A stretch of 64,000 bases of DNA from Zygnema circumcarinatum SAG 698-1b (taxonomy: Eukaryota; Plantae; Zygnematophyceae): assembly GCA_037447605.1 (NCBI GenBank), contig CM074808.1:3782001-3846000 (forward strand), given 5' to 3'. A program made the position numbers and the translations under genes. Numbering within the stretch: the first letter of the stretch is position 1; each line of letters starts with the position of its first letter. Shown here piece after piece: positions 49,301 to 58,389 of the stretch. The notes beneath the pieces are model-generated. The model made no database searches and was not told the origin of the DNA. It was given only the letters and a program-made list of their open reading frames with translations.

Positions 49301-51029
49301 GCCTCCCTCTGCCACGTGGATGCCTCCCTCTGCCACGTGGACGCCTCCCTCTGCCAGGTGGATGGTGCCCTGAGCCAGGTGGATGGTGTCCTCGTCCAGG
49401 AGGATGCCTACGCCTAACAGGAGGTGAAGGAGTTGGAGGTGAAGGAGGTGAAGGAGATCGTGGTGAAGGAGGTGAGGGAGGAGCAGGAGGAGGAGGAGGA
49501 GGCGGTTTCTTTCTCCTCCTCCTTCCCACTCCAGGAGGATGGTGTCCTCTACCGGGAGGATGTTTCCCCACTCCTGGAGGATGCCTCCCTCTAGTCGACC
49601 GCTGTCGTAGAATTCTATGGCCCGCAACAGTCTCAGAAAAATCTTCCTCTCCCTCCCCATCTTTGTATTCGTCGAATTCTACCGTCTCCTCTCCATCCTC
49701 TGCCGTATCCTTCTCCTCCTCTTCCTCCGCCCCCTCGCCCTCCATGCTCTCTCTGCTCCCGCTTACAGCTCGAGCACAGGAGGAGAGATGGGGAAAGTCG
49801 CAGCCTCCCGACAAGGAGTTAAAGAGGAGGCCTCTCCCACAGGCAGTCTGCCGCAGCACCTGTTCTCTTTCACACTCGCAGAAGGCGCTGCAGGAAACCA
49901 CGAAGAAAGCAAACGATCAAAACTATTGCCCTGCCCTCCTTTAGGGTCGGAGCATGGCTGCAGGGGCGAGAGAGGGGGGGAGGGGAACAGGGAGGACACG
50001 GACGGAGGGAGGGACGGAGAAGAGGGAGAAGAGAGGAGATGGAAAGAGGGAGAAAGGAGAGGCGGGGAGGGTAGAGGGAGAGGGAGAGGGAGAGGGAGAG
50101 GGAGAGGGAGAGGGAGAGGGAGAGGGAGAGGGAGAGGGAGAGGGAGAGGGAGAGGGAGAGGGAGAGGAGAGGGAGAGGGAGAGGGAGAGGGAGAGGAGAG
50201 GGAGAGGGAGAGGGAGAGGGAGCGTGAGAGGGAGAGAGGGAGAGGGAGAGGGAGAGGAGAGGGAGAGGGAGAGGGAGAGGAGAGGGAGAGGGAGAGGGAG
50301 AGGGAGAGGAGAGGGAGAGGGAGAGGGAGAGGGAGAGGGAGAGGGAGAGGGAGAGGGAGAGGGAGAGGGAGAGGGAGAGGGAGAGGAGAGGGAGAGGGAG
50401 AGGGAGGGAGAGGGAGAGGGAGGAGAGGGAGAGGGAGGAGAGGGAGAGGGAGAGGGAGAGAGAGAGAGAGAGAAGAGGAGGCACCTGCAGGGTGGCCACA
50501 CAAAGGGGTCGGCGTGCAGACCGTCGGAGCGGTTGCTGCAGCAGCTCACGATCGCCATCTGAGCCCAGTTTTTTATCCAAATACCGAATCGTAAATTTAA
50601 AATCATTCAATAGCATGTCTTAAAACAATGCTTTCTGCTTAAAATATTTTGATTTTTTTTTCATTTTATTTCCTATTGAAATTTCTCCTTTTCATCATTA
50701 TCGCCGGCATTCTGGAACTGGGTTCACTTTTTGCGAAAAAAACGAAACATTGGTTTTAGGTCTGCCGCTCGTACCCTGATGTCTGGCTTGACACGTGGCG
50801 GTGCCTCATTCGCGCGCTCTGGCTCTGGCGCTCTGGCCTCTGACGACCCCCAAAAAAAATTCTTCGCCATTGTGAGTGCTGCCCGAAAGGTGCGCTGCGG
50901 AGCCTCCGATTGGCCGAGAACGACCGGCGGCTGCCCGAGAAGGAGGAGGAGGAGGGCGAGCTGCAGGAGGAGAGGCCATGGCCGGTGCCACGTGGCAGCC
51001 TTTGACCTCACCGCCGTGGAGCCTGTCAT
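37305..51029 (-). CDS. Secreted mosaic protein (~2,900 aa): signal peptide - CBM14-like - acidic/basic-His/Pro linkers - CBM14-like - papain C1A protease - AGP/extensin-like stalk - EGF-like - 4x Cys-rich LysM-like
   Basis: Phase-compatible GT-AG exons: 51029-50775, 50558-50485, 49887-49023, 48723-48653, 48407-48245, 48045-47850, 47687-47440, 47291-47145, 46984-46711, 46395-40954, 40454-40409, 40265-40165, three LysM exons within ~39990-39255, 38079-37903, 37610-37305. C1A motifs QGLCS|[28 protein letters not shown]. The junction between the stalk and the EGF exon is the least certain. Confidence 0.8.
37618..37790. repeat. GGTGGATCA-core minisatellite (~9-12 bp period) in the last intron of the mosaic gene
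   Basis: ggtggatcgg..ggtggatcaggaagtggatcaagaggtggatgag..ggtggatcaggtggatcgag. Confidence 0.75.
38550..38930. promoter_or_regulatory. Intronic cluster of G-box/ACGT motifs
   Basis: CACGTG at ~38556, 38631, 38642, 38653 and 38766, plus several GACGTGGC/GCCACGTC/GCCACGTT variants, in under 400 bp. Confidence 0.45.
40616..40752 (-). pseudogene. Degenerate EGF-like exon (pseudo-exon) inside the mosaic gene
   Basis: Good acceptor (ttgaattgcag) and donor (A|GTACG). It starts [14 protein letters not shown] and ends GGNEVCTL, resembling the next exon ([15 protein letters not shown]..VTCIP), but the interior has frameshifts and stops. Confidence 0.5.
41140..46300 (-). repeat. Coding tandem repeat array: ~30-bp units encoding LTPPAP(S/A)PSP with [20 protein letters not shown] variants, preceded by three ~170-bp units encoding PSPFPI(V/L)(F/I)[11 protein letters not shown]
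   Basis: Directly visible periodicity such as ggagcgggaggggtgagaggggagggagcg; lies within the 5.4-kb exon 46395-40954. Confidence 0.9.
49240..49410 (-). repeat. Coding 21-bp repeat encoding HPPGRG(R/H) heptapeptides
   Basis: ggatgcctccctctgccacgt repeated; translation [48 protein letters not shown]. Confidence 0.85.
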
Positions 51030-52829
51030 TGCATTCGGCTCCGTCTTTCTCACGCGAGGGAGAGGGAGGGAGGGAGGGAGGAGGGAGGGAGGGAGGGAGG
51101 GAGAGGGCGAGAGAGAGAGGGAGAGGGGGAGAGATGAGAGAGGGAAGGAGGGGGAGAGAGTGGTGGAGGGAGGCCGGGAGAGAGGGAAGGAGGGAGAGAC
51201 AGAGAGAGGGAGGGAGAGGACAAGCTGACTGCGACGATGTCGGTCAACCTTAATTTCGCCGCCGAGAGCGGGCGAGGGCCGGGCCGCCACGTGGCGGCAC
51301 CGGTCAGTCGCCGCCGAAAGGCTGGCCGGAGCCGCCGCAGGCGGGGTCCGCATTATTCAGAACGGGCAGGCGGCAGAAATGTTATGCTGCCCGTCTTGGA
51401 TCATCGTCGCGGCGTTGATTGGACGAAATGTGTTCAAGGACAGACAAAAATGCTAGTACGAATTGTTTATTGGTGCATACGGATGAAAACAAGTGTTCTG
51501 TGTCTGCCCGATTAAATCGGGCAGTTAGAAACTGTTATGTTTGTCATGGCATACGGAAACGTACAAGTGTACGGTCACAAATGTACTGTACGAACTTTTG
51601 GGTCAACTCAAGGTCATACAGTACGGTACGGTACAACACTTGTCGGCTTATCGTTTTTCAAGACGACAAAAAAGCCAGTCTTGTTACAGTAACAAATGGT
51701 CAGCAGCTGAAATTGTCGGCGGAGCGAAGCAGACCAATGGGCGTATACCACGTCATCAATGTGGCCCACGTGGCGCTCTGTGATTGGAAGATGAGTATTT
51801 CTCTAGTTCCGATGGATTTTCAATTGGTGGTCGTCATTTGCTCAAAAGGTGAAAAATCGAGACGGTCATGCTAAAAATTCCGCTATTTTCAGATTGTACG
51901 GCTCGTACGAAAAGTTGCAAAATCAAAAACTAGGGAAATTTCTGTAGGCAAAATAAAAAAGAAATCAGTTTTTCTCTATACGTCAGTAGCACCTATACTC
52001 GAGGTTTTCCCGAGTGTCAATTTTTCTATATTATATATTTTATTTTTTGTCAATTTCTGGCTTTGGCGCCGTGATCAGGTTAAACCAAAAATGTGTAAAG
52101 CTATAATTTCTCTTAGCGCAATTTACTGCCACTTGGCGACCGACCACTCGAGCAAGTGATTCGATCTGCTAGCGGCGTCGCGACAATCAATGTGGAGATG
52201 GTCACGTGGCGCGCTTTCATTGGACAATATTCATTTTGTTACTCCAACTTTGTCAGGTTGCGAACCTCCGCAAATGCGGACGGCGCGCCACTTTGGTTTA
52301 AAGACCTGCCTCGGCCGGTTTGCAACTTGGACAGGTAATTAGAAACCGGCAAAAACCTGAACTGCAAAAAAAAAAAAAAAAACTGCAACTAGGACTGAAA
52401 CTGGGCATATGTGCATGGAAGCTGTCGTCCATTGAGCGTTCAAAGTTTCACATGGAAGGCATGTATGCATGCATGCATGTAGTACAACCCCATGTAAGTT
52501 GAATAGAGCATGAAATTATATGAAAAGTTGATTGAGAACAACAACTTTGGTTCCTAGTGCGAGCGCCACTCAGACTCACCCACCGACTCACCCACCGACT
52601 CGCATACTCGAATGAAAAACTATCCCAATCCCAAACACCCAAAGTCTAAAACCCAAATTCTAACAACCCCACAAATGCTCCCACGCGGTGCCCGACAACC
52701 AGGAGCTGTCAAGCGCTACAAACCCCCCTTCCTTTGCCTTCCCTTTCCTTTCTATGAACTGCTCGAAACCACTCAGAAAAGGCTTCGCTTAGTTGAACGG
52801 GTTGAACCCTAAACCCAGAGTTCACTCCT

Positions 52830-55800
52830 TCATTCACGGCCCCAGACGGCGTTCATGAAGTTCATGATGGGCATGAAGACGTCCGCGCGGGCCGTGTCGC
52901 TGAAGAGCAGGTCGAAGTGGGAGTACCGCGGGACCGCGACCTGCTTCGGGGCGGTCGCGAGGTTATCCACGAGGCGGGCGATGTTGGGGGGGTCCGCGAG
53001 GTAGTCGCCGCCGCCGGAGACGAGGAGGATGGGGAGGGAGGTGGGGATGTTGCCGGGCAGGTACTGCCTGGGCAGCGGCGTCCCGTACTGGACCACGTTG
53101 GTGAAGTTATTTCCGTAGTCCCAGTACTGGAAGCGCCTCGCGGAGATTTCTTGCTGATAGTGCACCAGGTTCCTGGTTCCGAGAATGAGGAATGTGGACC
53201 CACCCGCCACACGTTGCAGCAGACAATAGAAAAAGAGTTACTACCGCATTCGCTGTACAGGTGAGTTTACTAAACAATTTTTCAAGCGCTCAAGTGAGAC
53301 TTTTAGGGTTTAGGTAGTGGTTTAGAAAAGGCGATGATCAGGCAGACGGGGAGTATGAGAGGTATGGAGTCAGAGAGAGGTTATTACTTGTAGCTGGTCA
53401 CCACCCAGTTGGGGTCAATGGAATTCCGGAATTTTGTGATTGTGTCGTTGCTGACACAGCACAAGGGTCCTGCACACCTCACGATATGCCTATCAGTGGT
53501 AGCATTAACTTCTGATCATCTTATTCCAGTTTTTTTGTTCGATCTTCTGTCCTCTTTCCACTCTCTTCAATTTCTCCTCCTTTTCTCTGGCCCTAAATTT
53601 TTCTTCACTCTCCGTATTTTCCCCCCACCGCTTGCTAGTGAGATCATTCTTCATCTGGTCTTTTGCCCTCTCCCTTAAAATATTTTGCAAGAATTTTACA
53701 AGCTTACCAACAATTCCTTCAATGGCGTCGCCCCCCCCATATGCCTGTCCGAGGCTGTAGCCAAACACTCCGAGGAATTGGTTGACCCTCAGTGTACTGT
53801 TAAGCCACAGACACGCAAAAAGGCAGGGAATTAGTAACTTTTTAGATTTTTTTTTTTGGGTATCGTCAAGCTATCAAGGTGTAAGCACATAAAAATACTT
53901 CTGAATGTCACATTTGTCAAAAATCCACAGGTGGGGTCTCAATGCCAAAAAGTGTCAGATGGGGCACTCACTTGGTAAGGTTAAAGTGACCATTGAGGAG
54001 TTGGAATTGAACGAAAACCTGCAAACAATGACAATAACCGAAACTCGGAATTTCAAACATGCAGTGACTTTTCCAGATTCTTCGATTCTTCGTTTTCAAG
54101 AGTTATGAGGGTTTTTAGGGGTTTTAATTTATGAGGTGAAAGATTTCATTATTCCCTAAAAACCCTAAATTCTCTAAAAGTCTGCTCTAGGTTAGACCTT
54201 ACAGCGTCAGGGGAGAACTCTGTCCCCCATTGCATGATCGACCTCGACGTGACGTTGACCAGATAGGCGATGGGAGCGATCAGTGAAGCTGAAGCCAAAG
54301 TGTTAGCGAACGTGCTGTTGGAGGAGGCTGCTGCCACTGCCAGCATTGCACCCTGCATAGAGAGAAGAGGGGGACAGCGAGAGACAGTGGGTTTGCGCAG
54401 AAAAAAGTAGAAGGGGGAGGAGGAGAGTGAAAGCGAGGGAGGCAGACAAGAGGTTAGCAGGGAGGAGCAAAAGGCAGCAGGGCGTGAAGAAAAGAGGCAA
54501 GGCAAACACAAAATGAAGACGAGAGAGAGAGAGAGAGAGTCAAGGGATTTTCGGGTTCTTAGGACATTTAGAGTTTTCAAAGAGAAGGGTGGAAAGGCAG
54601 GAGGAAGAACCTTAGAAATCACCCCGCTTATCCCCCCAAGACAAGAAGGTACTTACTTGATTGTAGCCCACAAAGTGAATTTTAGGCTCCCCAGTCACCT
54701 GCCGGATTGCGTTGATCATGATTGGGAGATCATACGCCATCAGTGTGTCGAAATCCCAATCCCAATAAGCCTGCAAGGAGAGCGCAAACTGATTTTAGAA
54801 TTCACAACTTCACACAATTACCTTCACATTCTCTAATTTACACTCTGCAGAAGTGAGAGATTGTTTGTCTGTGCGGATGCTGAGGACCACTTACAAATTC
54901 GTCTGTCGTGTAGTTGACGTGCTGGGATGAATACTCAGTCCCGCGGTGGTTTCCGATCCAGACATCGAAGCCCTTGTTCGCTAATATAAAGGGCAACTGC
55001 TGTGATGGGGCCGTTGCACGGAACCAAATATCACCTCCAAGGAACAAGGCATGGTCGAGGTAAACGACAGGGCGGCGAACACCTACAACACATAGCACAT
55101 GTACGAACCCCAAAAAAACCTTAGTATAGTAATAGGACGAAGTTGTTAATTTTAGTTTTTAGTTTTTAGCCTAAGACTCGATAAATCCAGACAAATAAAA
55201 ATGCGGAGACTCAAAAGAGAAAGAGAGGAGAGGGAGAGGGAGAGGGAGAGGCAGAGTTAGGTATTCGTAAGGTTGTCTGTGTCATATTGAACGTACTCGT
55301 GTTGAACGAAGTCGGAATTGGTCGCACTTCTGTAGGTAGGCTTGGTGGAGGAGGGCTTGGTGGGGGTGGGCTCGATGGAGGTGGAGGGGAGATGGTCGAA
55401 TTTGAGCTGTTAAGAGGAATTAAACTGATATTGGACGGTAGAAATATGGGGGGTGGTGGAGGGGGGCTTGGTGGAGGTGGAGGGGGACTTGGTGGAGGGG
55501 GGCTGAATGGAGGGGACACTCTTTGGATGTTAAGGTAGTAGCCGTCATCCGTGAGCAGCTGCACCATAATGCAGGAGAGAACATTTTTCGCTCGTCTTAG
55601 TTTACTGGAAGGCTATAGCAGAATGTTCAGGCAATTGCATTTGTACGTTTGATTGTGAATGAGAGCAAGAAAATGAGAACGAGAGAGAGGGAGAGAGATA
55701 TGCACAAATGAGAGAGAGAGAAAGAAAGAGAGAGGGTATATAAAATATAGAGAAACTGATTTGAATTTCCATGGCTTCAAAGCATAGAAAAGGTAGAGAA

Positions 55801-55949
55801 TTTCTCACTTGGTATTCAGCGCATGTGTAACCATTCACTCGAACGTATTTGTTGCAGAACTGAGTCTCCAACGCGCCCCTCGCTGCGGGCAGCACCGCTA
55901 TCAGAGCCGAAAGCACCAGAAGTGCGGAAAAAATCGCAGGGAAGGCCAT
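52830..55949 (-). CDS. Secreted acid/gastric-type lipase homolog (alpha/beta hydrolase, abhydro_lipase N-terminal region), predicted catalytically inactive; copy 1
   Basis: Signal peptide; FCNKYVRVNGYTCAEYQ|..TDDGYYLNIQR; RPVVYLDHALF; GFDVWIGNHRGTEYS; YWDWDFDTLMAYDLP; IHFVGYNQ|GAM (GxSxG changed to GYNQG); GGGDYLAD; YSHFDL. Eight exons in phase. Confidence 0.88.
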
Positions 55950-56809
55950 CTCTCACACAAGCAACGTGCAAAACTTTTGCTTAACTCAAAACTCTCCCTT
56001 TCACACAAACCGGAAACTATCCAAAGGCGAATTACACCCTCAAAATTTCCTGCTCTAGCTGAAAACTTAACCCAATAGTCAGCCCAATAATTCCACCTTC
56101 GGTACTCCTTACTAAAGATGAACCCCAAGTGCTCCCTCCGTCTGTCCTCCCCTCCCCGCGGGCCCGCCATTTGTACTAAACCCCGCGGGCCCCAAAACAG
56201 CATGCGCCGTCGGCGGGACCGCCGGCGGAAAGTTCAGTTCCGCCCGTCCTCCGTCAACGCCGCGACGGCTGGCGTTGCCGTACGTTCGTACACCTCTATG
56301 TCCGTACACATAATGTACGAACGACCTCTGATTGGCTCTGGCGCCGAGATTTCCGGGGCCGCCCTTGTCGGTTCGCACGCGCCGATTGCGGGCGGTGACG
56401 TGATTGGAGGTCGACCTTCGTTCGTATACTTTTGTCCGTTAGTGTGAGAAGACTGTACGGTTGAATCCGTTTCTGTGATGCAGGAATTCCAGTACAGTTC
56501 GACTCGCCGTATTTAAATAAAAATGGAAGCCACGTCAGCAATCCAGCCGCCAATCAGAAGCCGAAGATCTGCTGAGCTACAGTAAATCGGTGCTGACGTG
56601 TGTCCTCAAAACCTGGTTTTTCACTGGAAACCCACAACTTCGATTTTTTTGCGAAACGTTGGGCGGGGTTCCAAGAAGGGACGGTCCCCTCTTAGCCGTA
56701 AGCCAATCAGGGCTCTCGCACGTGTCAGATTGTCTGAGGTGAGTCAGGTGACGCGCTGCGATTGCCTGATCAAGTACAGTTTCATACAGAATTTGTGTCC
56801 AACAAACAA

Positions 56810-57528
56810 GGAAAATGATACAGCCGCCCCACTTTTTGGATATCCGCGCCCCCTTTCGGGAAAAATTGTACTTTCATTTTGGCTAATCACGCCCCCCCCC
56901 CCCCCTTGGATCTTTCGGGAGGAGAGATCTTGTAAACAATCGGACCCCGCGCCTCGCGCGCAGGATCCGACTGTAAACCGACGTACGGCGGCGCGCATCG
57001 CGGCGCGGCCCGCGAGATGCGGCGAGCCTACGGAAACGTTGTCCTCACCTGACCCTTTTGGGTCGAGGTTGCCACGTGGCAGTCTTTCATTGGACATCCC
57101 TGAATCCAGTCCCCCATGCCGTTTATTTTTTTTTTTGTTTTTTTTTTTTCATGCCGTTTCCGTAGNNNNNNNNNNCTACGGAAACGGCATGAAAAAAAAA
57201 AAACAAAAAAAAAAATAAACGGCATGGGGGACTGGATTCAGGGATGTCCAATGAAAGACTGCCACGTGGCAACCTCGACCCAAAAGGGTCAGGTGAGGAC
57301 AACGTTTCCGTAGGCTCGCCGCATCTCGCGGGCCGCGCCGCGATGCGCGGCGCCGTACGTCGGTGCACGGTCGGATCCTGCGCGCGAGGCGCGGGGTCCG
57401 ATTGTCTACAAGATCTCTCCTCCCGAAAGATCCAAGGGGGGGGGGGCGTGATTAGCCAAAATGAGAGTACAATTTTTCCCGAAAGGGGGCGGGGATATCC
57501 AAAAAGTGGGGCGGCTGTATCATTTTCC
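56810..57528. mobile_element. DNA transposon with long terminal inverted repeats (Mutator/foldback-like), 8-bp TSD ACAAACAA, interior hidden by an N gap
   Basis: 56810-57164 and 57175-57528 are reverse complements with a handful of substitutions; ends are GGAAAATGATACAGCC...GGCTGTATCATTTTCC; ACAAACAA occurs as a direct repeat at 56802-56809 and 57529-57536. Confidence 0.8.
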
Positions 57529-58389
57529 ACAAACAAACGGAATTTTAAATCTGAAATTTTGACGAGTTGGGACTTCGTACCAAGTACGGTACGGCAGTGG
57601 TCGCGAAAATACTGCGATGGGGGGTGTGCCTTCGGACTAACCGTGCTAGCCATTACTAACCATTCATTGCTGACTAGTATGATGTTTTCATTCCAATGGG
57701 AGTTTCGGAATGGATTAGTTAGTTGGCTAACTTGAAGGAATCTGAATCGAGGAATCTGAATTTGGGTGCTGGTTTGATGGACGATCGGTCCACCCTGTAC
57801 CCGTAGGATTTTACGGGAATTTAAAAGTATTTTTCATTTTCCGTAGTCGGCAATTCAGTATTCTTCGAATTGTAAGGACTTCGAAAACATTTCAATTCGT
57901 TTCTTTTCTTCCATGAAGCGGATTTGGCGTAAACGGCAAATTTCTTCCCCTACCCCCCTCTCCCTCTCTCTCAGTCTCGCCCTCTCGGACTTTCCAAATT
58001 TTACTCACCAAGCAATCACATGAGAAGCCATCGATTTCAAAAGAAACAAATTTCTTGAACGATTCATGACTGAACCACGTCACAATGGCGCGGGGCAGCA
58101 CAGCCATAGTCATAGTCACGAAACCATATAAAAAAAAAGATGTTGAACAACAACTTGGAACCAAGTGACCCACAATCGTCCTCCCCTACTTGTCGTGCGC
58201 ATTCCCTCTTCTAGAAACATCCCCATACCCAAAACTATGTTCTCCATGTTGTCCCATCCATGCTCGCCCTCACACTCATACCCATACCCATAGCCCAGTG
58301 CCCAACTGACACGTAGACGGTGTCAATGTGCTTAGGAACGTAACCAATCCTCCACCCAATTTCACCCACCCACCTCTCAAACCCTACAC

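Noticed and set aside
51934-52112. Possible short TIR pair GGGAAATTT..ATTTCTC
   Set aside because: Only a few matching bases and no TSD.
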